DNA of 64,000 nucleotides, taken from NCBI RefSeq assembly GCF_021869535.1, contig NW_026262679.1, positions 82,398,001 to 82,462,000 of the forward strand, read 5' to 3'. Positions within the stretch are counted from its first letter, which is position 1; every line of letters begins with the position of its first letter. This DNA is from Mytilus californianus (Eukaryota). A program made the position numbers and the translations under genes. This document shows positions 46,796-61,200 of this stretch, in pieces. The notes under the pieces are model-generated. The model ran no database searches. It saw nothing but the letters and a program-made list of their open reading frames with translations, and was not told where the DNA came from.

Positions 46796-48774
46796 ATAAA
46801 ATTAACAATGGGACTTTGTCTTACTCATAATTCATAAAGACCATATTACAATATAAAGAACAAGCTTTTTTTTCAAAAATATTATGTCAAGTCAAAACAC
46901 TATTTTGTCTTTATACTGCAATCTGAAACAATGTCATACACATTTAGTGTTATCATTTTGGTTTTTTTTTTACATTGATTTTTAAGGTTACTTCTTACTT
47001 TAGGGAAGTTAAATTGTTATGTTTTAAAAAAGATGTGTCTTGTTGAAACAAATTTATCAACAAATAAAAACACAAACTAAATTTTGTAGGAAATCTTAGT
47101 TGATGTCTGTGCCTGTCTTGCTGAAGTGTGTAAATTTCGTTACGATTTTTAAAAAGCATCAGCGGTTGGCGTGGCTTAGAGTTTATATTGACAGGTACTG
47201 TACATCACATAAATGTACACAGTGAACATATTTTTACTGGTCATCCATTGCAGCATAAACATTTTGATATTCATATCTGGCAAAAAAAATTAAATAACAA
47301 TATCATGCATATAAACATACATCTTTAATAAAAAGATTTAGGACAAAGAGACATTGAAATCTTTAAATTATGACACAAAGTAGATGGGAACAATTTTTAT
47401 CATAAATTATACAACATAATATTTTGTGGCACAGTAAATCAATTACTGTCTAATAACTAATACTGTTAACTGATCTTTTCGGATTATTTTTTCTGATATC
47501 ATATTTTAATTTTTCATGAAACTTGTCAACTTTGCTATAACAAGTAACATTTTAAAAATTCATAATTTTGTTCTAATTTCTAGCAACAATAGTGTATTTT
47601 TCAATTACCAATTTGTTTCTAATTCTAGATTTTTACTAAAGGACACAACACCAAGGTAGGACAAACTGTATCCCTGCCTATAAAAAGCAAGCAGAACAAG
47701 CTTGGTTTATTGTGCGGTAACAGTAATTTTACTTCTTAAGCCCATTACACATATAATGAAATAATGGGATGACAAAAACGGCGATTACATAATGAAAAGT
47801 CATAAAAGCTTAAGTACATCAAATTCATCATTAAATTGGAAACAGACTTTAAGTTGGTAAATAGAAAAAGGACTGTTTTTCTTTTTGAAACGGAATACAA
47901 TGTAATACAATGCTTTTTGTTTAAAGTTGGGTTGCTGTCTCATAAACCAGATCTGTTTTTATGCATCTTTCTGTCATAATGTGAAAATTCTACAGAGATT
48001 TCATTAAAGATCAATAAATTTTAAAAAAGAACAAAAATCATGAAAGGCTACTTTAACACAGTATCACATATATGGCAGTGTTTCACTTATAAAGAAATTA
48101 TCACCTTATAAAATGTCTTTATCATTCCTTGTATATAACTGATTAAAAGTGTTGCTCTTGGTTACAGGTGTTATAATAACTACTTATTATAAAAGGTTAT
48201 ATGCTATATTTCTCATGGTAACAACAAGGGTCTAGTCAAAAATTTGATGAAAAGATACTTCAATTATAATTTAGCATAAATATAAGATGTGGTATGATTG
48301 CAAATGAGACAACTTTCCAACAGAGATCAAATGACGTAGAAGTTTAAAACAACTATAGGTCAATTTAAGTAAATATATATAAATGCAAATGTTGGTTAAA
48401 GATCTGATTTAAGTGCAGCTTCCTACAAGTCAGCATATTATCTATGCTCAAAACTGGCAGCAAAACGGAGGTTGAAGTACAAAGGTGATCTTTTTATTTA
48501 ATTTTAAAAGTTGGATACATAAGATCTATATCTAGCAAATCTTACATAATAAATTGTTTATCACATTTTTTTGCTTTTAATTTTCTTTTCAAAGGAACAG
48601 CTCAAGCTATCTTATTTAGTTATCATATATTAACTAACAAAAGTCTGAATGGGGATCCCATTTTAGTGATATGAAAATAAGATGTGGTATATTTGCCGAT
48701 AAGACAACTCTCCTCCAGAGACCAAATGATGCTGAAGATGTTTATATGTAAATACCTAAAATCTTTACTTCAAC

Positions 48775-49030
48775 CATCCCTGTCTGGGTCACACCAGAGA
48801 CATGAAAATTGGTATTAGCTGTTTCTCCAGAAGGCATTAGTACGATCAAAGACTTATTGGCCTGGAGTTAGAATAAAGAGTCTGGGTCTGGATGCAGCTC
48901 TTCCACAAACTGTTAACTTGTGAACTAGCATGTAAAAAATCTGGCACAGGGTTTCAATCAAGCACAAAACAGCGTTTAAATTCATAATATATCAACATGT
49001 TCTTGTCCTAAATATGTATTTAATTTGCCA
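48775..49030 (+). mobile_element. Decayed SINE related to 5530-5860
   Basis: GGTCACACCAGAGACATGAAAATTGGTATTAGCTGTTTCTCC...CAAAGACTTATTGGCCTGGAGTTAGAATAA...TCTTGTCCTAAATATG. Confidence 0.5.
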
Positions 49031-50901
49031 CAGGATTTTAAATGTCCATCCATCAACATCATCATCAACTTCATCAGAAATTTATCTAAATACTGACAAT
49101 TTATTTTATGTATTTTGTATCTGGTATATTCATGGATGCAAATCAATGTAAACAATGCATGAATATAATATGAAACTATATAAAATTGTAACTTAAACCA
49201 ACTGTTTACCCCTAATCACTGAATTTTAATAGAGGCAACAAAATTCTCTAGACATATAAAATGTATTTGGCATAGGCCTCATCTTGAATGGACTTCTGTT
49301 AATATTACACACACTTTAAACTACACCACCTTAAAACATGATCTATTACCAAAAGCTCATTCAGTAACAGATGACTATAGATGCAAACCGAAACACTTTC
49401 CCCCAATTGATATCATAGGTAAGGTACAGTAAAAGTAGTACAAGTATTATTACCATGGACTATCATGAGTATATATAGATGTGCTGAACACATAAGTATC
49501 AAGAAAATTACAGTTAAGTTAAAGAAAAATGGGACAGTGAATAACATCTTCTTTACCGTAAAGTATGATAAAAAAAAATTTAAATCTAGTCCTGCAATGT
49601 CTTATTTTACCTATTTAACACAAAACAGAAAATAATTGCTAGCAGACAACATATAAAAGGCAAACACATTTAATTGCACAAAATAACAATTTATCACCCT
49701 CAATACTGTTGCTGATTTAAAAATATGTATTTGAAACATAACTAACTTTACATTTAACAACCAACAATTGACTATGGTATTACATATCATTTGAATTATT
49801 AAAAATAAATAACTTTTTTTCATAAAAACAAACAGTTTCAAATTGATATTTGTGATTTAAAAACATAATAAATTGCACATGCATGGAATACATCATCAGG
49901 CTGATAATTATTCAATTAAATGTAAATAAGTAAAATAATCAATATTTAAAGTAACTTAGCATGGACAATTGCAATAAATAACACAATGCTTACTGTTAGC
50001 TGTTGTATGTTGATGCATCTGTTTTATAAACGCTTCTTAAAAATATTAAATATGAAAAATGTCAACAAAAACCCTGAGTTACAATACACATGTAATCTGA
50101 TTTGTTACATAATTTGCATAAAATTATGTAAAATACATGTATCTTATCTGTCGTATTTTTTTCACATGATTGTATAGTTCTTCCTAAATGACTGCTACAA
50201 ATGGTTCATAAGTTTATTTTGTTATCAATTCAAACTAAAGCAATATCAGAACATCAATAAGCTAGTTACAGTACATATCATATCTATCTTGAAATCATAA
50301 AAAAACTTTACTCAAATCATTCCTTTAACTACTAGAGGGGTTTAAAACCCACAACTTTTTTAAACAACCACACTACATAAACAATACTACATACAATTTC
50401 TGAATTCAATTCATTATTGCATATTGATAATATGTCACCTTTTATATCGCTATTTTCTTAAATTTTACTTTGATAATTTTTGTGTGATAATTATCCATAT
50501 CAAGAGACTAAACTGATAATGGTTTTTCTCAAGTCATGTAGAGTGAGTACACATTGACTTCATCTGCCAATGTCATTGATGTTGCCTAGGAAAATAACAG
50601 ATTATCTATGGTCTCTCAACTGGAGAAAGTTTCTCAGCTGGATCTCAACTCAGGGCTATCGCTCGTTGATGAACCAAGAAACTCCTTCTCTTTTTCAAAG
50701 TCATAGATAATCTGTATTATTAATTAATTTGTAAAGAACTACCGGTATATGAATATGGAACATGATGTACAAACCAACAATACAAAAACAAACCCCTCTA
50801 AAATATCAGGTATCTTAATTGTGAACGGAGTATAATGATAAAAAAAAATGTTAAAATGAATGGAATGAGATTTTATCCCAAAGTTCTATAGACCAGTTTC
50901 A

Positions 50902-53900
50902 TCAACTACTAAAATCAGGATTATATTCGGAGTACATGAGACCTGTTGATGAAATGGCATCTCCTAAACCTACAGTTCGCAAAGGATTAATGCAAACTAA
51001 AACTGGACTAAAAACAAACTTATAACCTTCTAATTCCCATGATAAAACTGGATTAAATTCATCAAATTCTCGATCACCATCCCCTGTAAATAGTTTAAAT
51101 GTTTTGGGAATTCTTAATTTGACTTTATCTGGTTGAATAGTTTTCATATCACATGCTTGTTCTCCAGCTGTTCTTGTTCCTGCGGCCACAGCTTCTTTAT
51201 TGTTGTGCCACGCCCCTTTCACTGTTCCAATAATATGAAACGTTAATGAATGAAAATGAACTCTTGTTAGTTTACTGTCTTGATTGTCTTCAGAATATCC
51301 GAATGTCTTTAATATCCATAAGACCATGTCTGTAACTTTGTGAATTTCAGGCTGTCCTTCTCTTTCCTGAAAGTCATTTTTATGTGGACCGTCTGCTGCA
51401 TGCGAGGAGAAGGACAATTCTTGTTCATTTAATCCCAATGATGAAATATGTGGTGCCACCTAAAAGAAAAGTAAAATTACATTTTTTTTTAAAAGTTACA
51501 AAATTTGTTTATATATATGGTAGTTCTGAATTGAAATTGAAAGGTCACTAGTCTCATTGACCTATATTTTATACCATTTCTTCATTTTTTAAATGCAGTT
51601 TGTCATAGTGCATTTGGTCCACTTACTGTTTTAAACACTCACCTTTTTCAAAATAAAAATGTCTTTTTTAACATAAATATACTTCAGCCATGTTCAATGA
51701 ATTAAGCATATGCATAAGTAAACTATATGATTGATTAATAAATAGCTTTATAAACACACTATTAGTTCAAACGTATGAAAGGATCAATATATTATTTGTG
51801 TTTTATAAAGAAAATTCATCTTTACGCACCATAAAGCATAACTATTCAATTGATATTTTGTGACTGGTGCAGTTCTTGTAATGTTCATTTGTGAAATCCT
51901 TTTTGCAACAAAACAAAAAAATTCCTCCCTGAGCAGGCTTGATTATCTGAGGCATAAGTACTAACAAGTTATACAATATAAAAATAAAATACTTGAAAGT
52001 AAGATATTATTATGGAGGTCATTATCGTGAACATCCAACCATGGAAGTATTACAGTCAATAAAATACTTCCATGATCCAACTAACTATTAAGGATGCCAG
52101 CTGTCCCTGATACTTATCTTATGTAGGTATCATTTTGTGATTCAACAGAATATTAAGGTCAAATACAGTAAATGGGTCATGTCACAGATTTTATTAAGTT
52201 TGCATACTGCTGTGGAATGTTAAACTTTGAACAGAAAATCATAAAATAATGCATTTATCTCTTTTATTTCCTTAAATATTACTGAACAATTTTCTTCAAA
52301 ATAGGTGAACATTTGTATAGGGGGCACTAAAAATTGGAAAAAAACACTTAAATTTGTCTTATCTATAAAACAGTATATAGCCCAAACTTTGTTTTTTTAA
52401 AGACTAAAACATACCTCTTCCAAAATTTTCTTTACAAAATCTTTATGAGCCATACTAGCTAGCTCTAGATGTACTGGAAGTGTTATTGGTAAGGTTTTCA
52501 ATCCTTCTTTCACAACAGCCAACCTCTGTGAGAAAAATTCGTCACTTTGACCCTCTAACATATGTAAACCTGACAGTAAAATAATATCAGGACTGAAATT
52601 TTCTAAATTATCAAAAAATGTTTCCAACATTGTAGCTTTAGAATTTGATTCATCATAGCTAGTGATGAATCTAGTTGCGACTGGAGCTGTATGTGAGCCC
52701 CAGGACTCGTCAACTTTATATTCCATAATGAGATGGATTTCATCGTGAGGAATGTGACTGCTCTCTGGAATGGTAAAAGATTCTGGAAATAGTTCTTTAA
52801 GTTTTGGTCCCACTGGTCCAATGTATTGTATCTACAAAGAAACAATCAAATTTTGAAAATCTTCTGAGTTTAAGAAGGTGACATATGTACATTAAAACAA
52901 CATTTTCTTTGCCAAGAAAAACCCTTTTGATTCATGTTTGATTTTGATACAAATACATGTCTCCCTCGATTCCTTGAGGTATGTCCAATACATGACGTAG
53001 TAACGATATAGAGGACATCATACTAATATCTGCAGTCACTTTATCCCAACCCTAGCACTTTGTAGAGACATGGTAGATATAATGTTTACTTCAAGATTTC
53101 ATTTTCTAAATTAGTCACTCTGTGTCAGATGTCAATATTGACATTAAAAATTATCCACAAAGAATTTTTCTTTTCATAAGTTTTCACTTTACCCGTCTAC
53201 TAAAGTTGTCGATATCCACAAAAGTGACAACATCTATTTGATATCAACAATTCTTTTTCTGATGTTTATCGGACAATTTAGTTTCTCCTGGTTTATCTGT
53301 GTAAGGTGTCAATTTGAACAATATCAATTCGATATCAACATGTAGCGAACAAGAACAATATGCCAACAGTAATAAAAGAACAGAGTTCCAATGTCCCCCG
53401 CGTTGCACATATTTTATATATTCAAGAGCAATAACTAAAAAAGTACTTTTTTTTGTTCTTTAAAATAATTTATAAATATCTTAGAGAAATGAAGGCTTCA
53501 GAGCAAATGCAATGCGATTTCTGTTATAATTAATTTTTCCAAGGGGCATAACTTGTTAAAAATATTTGATCAGCACTTATTTTAGAATTGTCAAAGACAT
53601 TGCTGATATAAACCTATGATAACATAAGTTTCATAAAAATCTGGCAAGAATTGTACACATGAGAGTGCTAACAAGACTGGACGGACGGACAGACGGACGG
53701 ACACCCGGTATTTTCATGTCCCCCGCAACAGGTTTCGCGGGGAACAATTAATTCTGATGAAAGTATCGCCACAGTTTGCCTTGACGAATCAGATTACCCA
53801 ATGGAACACTACCACAACACCATACATGTATATGAAATATTAACTTACAACAACCAAAGAATAACTTTTGTTTTATTAACTTTCTAACATTAATTGATAC

Positions 53901-56900
53901 AAACAATTCATCTTAATCTCTAGCCTGTCTGTAGCATAATAATAACAAACACAAATACTGTATTTCAATAAGCAAAAATTCTGTTTAATTGTCCTGTTGA
54001 AAATATTCATAACTTTAACATCTGTTTTTTTAGTGGGGTTTGTGTTGCTCAGTCTTTAGTTTTCTATGTTGTGTTTTGTGTACTGTTGTTTGTCTTTTGA
54101 TTGTTTTTAGTTTTTTCCATGGCTATATATGTCAGTTTGTTTTCGACTAATGAGTTGGAATGTGACTTAGGTATCATTTGCCTCTCATTTCCCTAGCCAA
54201 TATGCCCAGTTGATACATCTTTAAAATCAATATTAATAAACTAAATTTGGTGCCAAAAAGTAAATGTATAACTGTTAATTTTTAATCTGTGTTCTCTTCC
54301 TTTTTTAAGTAAAGTATTGTGTTTCTTTGTTTCTCTGGGGTTTTTCAAAGATAAAAAATATTTTTCTGACATTTTCATACCTTTACATCGGGAAACATTT
54401 CTGTGATTTTTGTAGCCATCAAAGCAGCATTCCCTCCTATGTATACCTGAAAAAAACACTTATATTTTAACTTCAAATCTTAACACCAAATTCCTACTTT
54501 AGTTGGCCTAATGGTTATTAAACATTATAGATAAAGCATGAATGGAAAATAAATATCATACTCATTACACACCAATAAAACATGATTTCAGATTTATATT
54601 TAATGGAACATGCAAAAATATTGACCAAATAAGCAAACTGGTATAATCTTGTAACAGCTGAATTAGATGACTAATAGTTCTTATAAGAAAATTAATAGTT
54701 TTCTGTAAAAAATCTGTTATCAAGATACTAAAAAGACTTTAGTAAGCTCCTGGACGATTAAATATTTAGACATAACAAAGATGAAAGGCCTTATAGACGA
54801 GAAGAAAATTAAGGAATGTGACTATCTTCATTTTGTTGGAATGGAGATAATTATATATTTTTCCTCCTTCTCTTGTAGAAATAGTACAATAGAGACATGT
54901 AACTTAGGGGGAACTATTAGCAGGGACAAGTAGTCAAAGATAATAAATTTTTGGCTGGGTCCCTAAAGTTAAGCAGAAAATGTCCATAGGGCTAATATGT
55001 TAATCTTTCATTTTGTGGCAGGTTGGGCCCTAGATTTTTCCCTGTAACAATACACTACAATGAAAAAAATGATAAATATTGTAATATTCTAGAAAAGGTA
55101 TATATGTTTTACTTTCAACATGCTACTACTATCATAACTGAATTACTTACTATTGCATTAATAATATAAATTTTATTCATCCATAAAAAAATGTATTGTT
55201 ACATTACTATTACAAATGTAACCCCATCCCAAAGAAATACATTGTCATTATATTACTCAGTGTAACTTCAGAAATTATTGTGAGGTTTTTATTATTGTGT
55301 GTAATGCGACTGGTTGAGTATCGCAATAATAAAAATTTGCATTCTGATATCTAATACATATATCTGTATGCAGATTTTCATGAAATTGCAATAATTATTC
55401 TCATATTTTTTTCCATTCTTCAAAAATCGCAATTACAAATGCACAATATATTTTCTGAATTTACAGTACTAACATTTTCCTATAAAAATCACACTGAACT
55501 GTTTAATTACCTGTAAATCATCTAAATTTTCAGCTGCATTTGTAATTTGCCTGAATACATCTTTATCCATAAAGCTCCTCTCTGCTGCAGCACCTTTTGA
55601 AAAGAAGTGAGAAAATGTCTGTTGAAGATGGTCTAAGCTATGTAAAGTTCCGTGATCGGTCTTGTCACCTGGTTCCACATTCAAAGATTGTAGTAGCTTT
55701 GTTCCCGGTACTATGTAGTCAAGATTCGAGTTGCAGCTAAAAAATAAATATTTTATTCAAACTGAATTAAAGAGATGTAGAGGTATACGTTAATTCGACT
55801 GCAACCTAACTATTAAAAAATCTGGAGGACAAAATGCACAGTTGTCCATACAATATGTGACCAGTTATTAATCTATCTGAGTCCATCATGTCTATAGAAT
55901 ATTACAAAAAGCCTAACTGAATTCATACTAAAATAAAAAAATATTCCATTTCTCTACAAACAGCACTGAATCATACCAATGAAATGAATATTACAAAAAG
56001 CCTAACTGAATTCATACTAAAATAAAAAAATAATCCATTTCTCTACAAACAGCACTGAATCATACCAATGAAATACAATTTAGATTCTTTTCTTCATCTT
56101 CAACATCCTGTTAAAAGGACATTAGCTACTAATTAAACAAAAAATAACTTATGATTTTATTTTCCTAAAAAAATTACATAAGCATAATCATGATAATACA
56201 GAAATGTTATTTTGCTATTAGCAGTCAGTATAGTTCAATTTTGTCAAAATAAACTCAAAAACATTGCTAATGTTGTATTGGCTTGCCGGTCCATAATTTA
56301 ACCCATTTGAATCAGTATTCATGCAACCTTCAATTTCACTCTTAGCTAGATACAATGTATATATGTGTTGCCCATGTTCAGTTATTGAAAAAAAATGTAG
56401 AAATACACATCTTGAAAAATAAATAAAATTAACCCTCATAATTGTTGACCTTCCTCTTTCATTGTCTTTTCCATACTTTAACAAATACCTTCCCTGAAAC
56501 ATTTGACAATTATCTATTAAGAGTTAAATAAAAATAAGGTGCATTTCCACCTCATATCTTTTTGTAAATTTGCATTGAAAAATACAGTATATGTAGAACA
56601 GTCTTGATTATCATGTAATTCTTATATGGTTTGGATATCTACAATTACCTGATTGTGATTGGTACATTAGATTCCCTCCCCCCTTTATTTACAATTCAAT
56701 AGACCATGCTGCTGAAACTACTTTCATAACTTTAATATGTAAACACTATGTCAATTTTATTGTGGTGTAATCATTCTAAATACACATAAATGGATTGCTG
56801 GGTAAAATTGAAAGAAAAAAAAACAACAAATATTTGGCTTTAGAATTATTAAGATACCAACTCCAGCTGAAAAATGGTAATTTTTCAGTCTATTTTTCAA

Positions 56901-58017
56901 TCAAAAAAAATTTCTGACAAAACAGTGACCTAGATTTTACAAACCTGAATTGTTCTGGCAATATATTACTTCCTTGTATTTCTGAACTACCTATAGACAA
57001 TGATGGATGCATTTAGGATAACATTAAATACCTGAGGCCTATACCATTAAGGTAGTGGTCAACAAATGACTCCTATACCTCCATTTTGTAGTTTTGGAGA
57101 CTTTTCACATTTTTCCAATTCTATCTCCAAGAGGGGCATAAAAGTTGTCATATTTTCAAAACAACACATCTGGAAACGGTTTACGGACCATGAATTGCAA
57201 AATGAACTTCCTGTTATCAACTCAGTTCAGCTTTTGTAGTTCTAAAAAAGTATAGGGGGTCATACAGGCTATAATATAATGGCTGTTGCAATCATAAATA
57301 CAGGCGGGATGGGCGGAAAATGGGTTACCGGTAAATGATTTTTAAGCAATCACTTTCATATTTAAAAAAAATCACTAGGGCCAAAATGTGAAACCCCATC
57401 CTTTACTATGTACAGAAGTATTAACAATTTGGGGTATTTATCTGTATTTGCTCCAGATGACCCTAGATTTGTCTCCCAATAACATTCTGACGTCATGCAA
57501 CCACTTTTTAATTATGACGTCAAATATTTTAAATTATGACCCTAGGTCAATCAACGCAAACAACATTAATGTACAATTGGTTCTTAATGTGATATGTAAG
57601 CATTGTGACATAGGAAATATACAGGGAAATGCACCAATTTGAAAGTTGTCTATGCAAGACTATGTAGTGCAGGAGATTAAAGCCAATAAAGGGTATTTAA
57701 ATCGATTGATGTGAAAAATTTAACAAAAATAGGCCAGCATTCACGATGGTCATCTCATATGATGCTTTATTAACAAGTATTGTCTGCTGGTTTAAAGATG
57801 TCAGACAAGGTAAGCTAAAGGTTAATTATTAATGATGTCCTTACCCAACAACAAGTCTTTGGAATTTTTTCATTGGTGGCTTTATGATTTTTTGCCAGGC
57901 CATGACAATTCTTGTTTCTGTTGGATTGATGACTTCTACCACTGTTGGAAACCATTTTGAATATAAAACAGCCAAAAATATAACCACTAGAGCTACAGAT
58001 AATGTTTTGGGAAACAT
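50902..58017 (-). CDS. ADPGK: ADP-dependent glucokinase, 479 aa
   Basis: Phase-consistent exons 58017-57845, 55736-55511, 54446-54381, 52831-52415 and 51459-50902. N-terminal hydrophobic anchor, VVGCNSNLD, FSKGAAAER, YIGGNAALMA, HLELASM, LGLNEQEL, HFHSLTFH and the ribokinase-fold anion-hole motif TVGLGDAIS. Confidence 0.97.
53379..53748 (+). mobile_element. HINE/DINE-like non-autonomous Helentron in an ADPGK intron
   Basis: ATGTCCCCCGC near both ends (53391, ~53717), (GACG)n microsatellite at 53678-53703, and 3' hairpin CCCCGC..GCGGGG. Confidence 0.7.
54020..54190 (+). mobile_element. Family 4 3' UTR fragment (intronic)
   Basis: GTGGGGTTTGTGTTGCTCAGTCTTTAGTTTTCTATG...TTAGGTATCATTTGCCTCTC. 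Confidence 0.75.
55258..55469. mobile_element. TA-flanked MITE (Tc1/mariner-like); second copy at 63185-63375
   Basis: TIR-like ends (C)AGTGTAACTTCAGAAA / TTTCTGAATTTACAGTA. The internal sequence is shared with 63185-63375. Confidence 0.65.
55897..56074. repeat. 89-bp near-perfect tandem duplication in ADPGK intron 1
   Basis: GAATATTACAAAAAGCCTAACTGAATTC... starts at 55897 and again at 55986. Confidence 0.9.
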
Positions 58018-58279
58018 GATGCCAACTCATTCACAAACCGATGCCCAACAACACCCCACAGGAAAATAAAACGGTAAAATATAATCCACTTAATAATCGT
58101 ATCTCGGCAATCTCTAATACCACTTTTTCATGAAACGCATATAACCTTCTTCATAAAAGTAATAAAAAAATTCCGTTTTTCATAATTCAAGAGAAATAAT
58201 GATTGATTTCTAATCTGAAAGAAGCGAAATTAACAAATTCTTTTCACTTCCGGTATTATTATTCCGCATAATTGTAAAC
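58018..58279. promoter_or_regulatory. Probable bidirectional promoter between ADPGK and metaxin
   Basis: Divergent ATGs are separated by 262 bp. An ETS-type site ACTTCCGG lies at 58246-58253. Confidence 0.7.
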
Positions 58280-61200
58280 ATGACAGACGACGTGCTTAAC
58301 CTTGAAGTTTGGAAAGGAAACTGGGATTTGCCATCAGTTGACAACGAGTGTCTTGCAGTTTGGGTAAGCAAATAGTTAATATCTCGCCCTTCTGTTAACC
58401 AACTTTGAATTGAGTTGACACAAACTCTTGCAGTATGTGTTATTGAACACGAAGCAGATGTGCAGTACTTGGTCTTGGAACACATGTGTTTCATTGACAC
58501 TGTGAAGTGGTACTTCCCTTAACCTAGCAAATTTAGTCGCTTTATATTAGCTGGCTAAGCTGCACGACTTATTTATTTCAGTTTGTAGAATGGTGGCTTA
58601 TGTGCCAGGGGTCCTAGGTTCAATTCTCAGTGAGTACAGTTGTAGTTATGGGTTTTAAAAAATTTTTCACAGTTGATTATTTGTAGAATAACTAATCGAA
58701 GAATTCAAATAGAGAAAAATATTCAACGAGTGACCGAACAACACATTAATTCATGAATGCGCGTAGCGCATGAGTTAATTATCAGTGTTGTTCGATCACA
58801 AGTTGAATATTTTTCGATATTTGAATTCTTTGATTAGTTATTCTTTTTATTACATTGGCAAATGGTTTTTTTATGAGATTAAAGTAGAAAATGTAAGGAA
58901 CTATATCTTTTTCTACACATTCACAATTTGTTTTGATTGGACGTTTTCGACGTCTGGACAACGCCTATTGTTGTATGACGTGAGAGGAGTGAAATAACCA
59001 CATTTATTTCACATGTGAAATTATCATGTTTTTTTTTCACTGGGAAATCAATGTAATTCATTGAAACCAATGTAATAAACTTTATTATTATAACAATAAA
59101 TATTGAAATAGTTATGATGTATTTGATCACAATGTAAATGAAAAATGTTTTTTGGTCACTCTACTACTTTAGCAATAGTCATTTCGGCCATACTTGGTCA
59201 CTGTCCGTTGGCACACTACCGAACAAAAAAAAAATTCTTTTTTTCTTCTTTTTTCTATTTAATTTGACCTAGCTGTAATATTTTAAATATCAACCAGACC
59301 TCAATAATATGCAAAAGTAATTAATTACATTTCAATTACATTCCTTTTTAATGTAATTAATTACCTTACAATTATATTACTTTTTTGCTAAGAACTTTAT
59401 TCTATACATGTAGGATAACAATGTGAACCAGCTGCTATGAGACTTTTTTACATGCACTGTTAAGCATTGTTTTAAGTTTTAAATTTTTATATTCTATTTT
59501 CACATTGATTTAATCATTAATAGATATATATGTTTAAAGGGCATCTGTAATTTGAGTTTACCTCATACAAGATCCATTGTATTTCATGCTTTTCTAAAAA
59601 AAACCTTTTCATTACTTTGTTATTGTAGATGGGAAACAATTACCATAGCTTCTAAAGATCAAGCATAAAATATGAAAATTGAAAACAGTCAACTTCTGTG
59701 GATGTGTAGTACTGTAATTATAATATCTTCTTTGAAAAATCTTGTTTTTATAAACTTGTTAATAGAAAATGATGTAGGTATGATTATGTAAATATGAAAA
59801 TAATAGTGTCTTTGTTAAAGTCATTAATGAAAGAGCTCTGAATTTGATAAATACATTAGTCAATAATGCTTTTTTTTTTATTTGTAGGCATATTGTAAAT
59901 TTTCTGGTCTTCCAACTAAAGTACAGAAAAGTCATCAGACAAATGTATTTCAGTCATCACTAGGTTTGTATTTAGTTGAAAATTATATTGTTTATCTTAT
60001 TTGTACAAAGATGAAATGATTAAGGTTGTCATTATCATGACATTTTGAAATTTGCATTGTTTAAACTACAGATCACAATCATAATACATTACTTTTTTGT
60101 TTTTTTATTTTTGAATAGCATTCTATCTTCTTTGCTTATATTTTATAAATAGGGTATTTAAAGGAGTTTTTTTTTTTTTTTTTTTTTTAAATATTCTCAT
60201 TCCATTCCAACAACCTAATGCAAAAATCTGGGTGAATGATACAGGCTCCTTAGAGCCTTTAGTGGATAGTTTCATCGGAAAAGGTAATACCAAGCAAACC
60301 TTAAAACATGACCTTGACCTTAATTTCAATATATGGGTAATGTTATACCAACATGCAACTTATTATAGTATTGAAGGGGAGATAACAACAGTAAGAAGTC
60401 ATTGGATTGCCTCAGTCAAAATTGACCAAATCAATGATTACATGTATATATAACAATTTGAAAAAGTTAGATATCTTTAACCGGTAACAAAGGAGATTCA
60501 AAAACAAGTAAAACAGTGTTCTTGGAGGTGTTTAGAAAAAGACTCTCTTCTATGGTCAATGTCGAATTCATATAATCTAATTTTGTTTACAAAATATCGA
60601 GAATTACATTTAATACCTAGAATCAGGAATTATATAATTTACTGTTTCACATAGCAATACACATATATATGATAAATGTAGCATTTTTGTACATTTCAAA
60701 ATGTTATACAAATTTGCAACAAATTTTAAATTTACAACAAATTTTAAATTTCCAAGTATTTTGGACCATCATTTTACTTGGAATCAGGAATTATATAATT
60801 TACTTTCTCACATAGCAATACACAATACAATAATTGTTCAGATAATTTTTTTTTAAGTAATTGATTGTTTCTTAATCAAAAGAAAATGTAGTTATTTAAA
60901 TAATTAATTTGTTCAGATGACAATATACATGTATATCTTTATATATTTATTTGTTTTTTTCAGCAAAACACAATCTACCAGTGCTACAACATGGATATGC
61001 TACAGAATCTCAATTAGGCAATATTTTATCCTACTTAAAAAATCAGGTAACAGAAAATCTTATATACAATTACAAAAAGGATCTCTTAAAGTATCAAACT
61101 GGCAATATTTTCTCCTACTTAAAAAATAAGGAATATTTAAAGCACAATTACAAAAAAGGTCGATTAAAGCGTCTTAAAAAAGGTCAATTAAAGCGTCTTG

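Noticed and set aside
50560-50720. Possible extra ADPGK exon (IIYDFEKEKEF...) or SECIS-like hairpin after the TGA stop
   Set aside because: No matching donor was found, the protein already ends normally after the GxGD motif, and the hairpin lacks the SECIS AUGA/GA quartet geometry.
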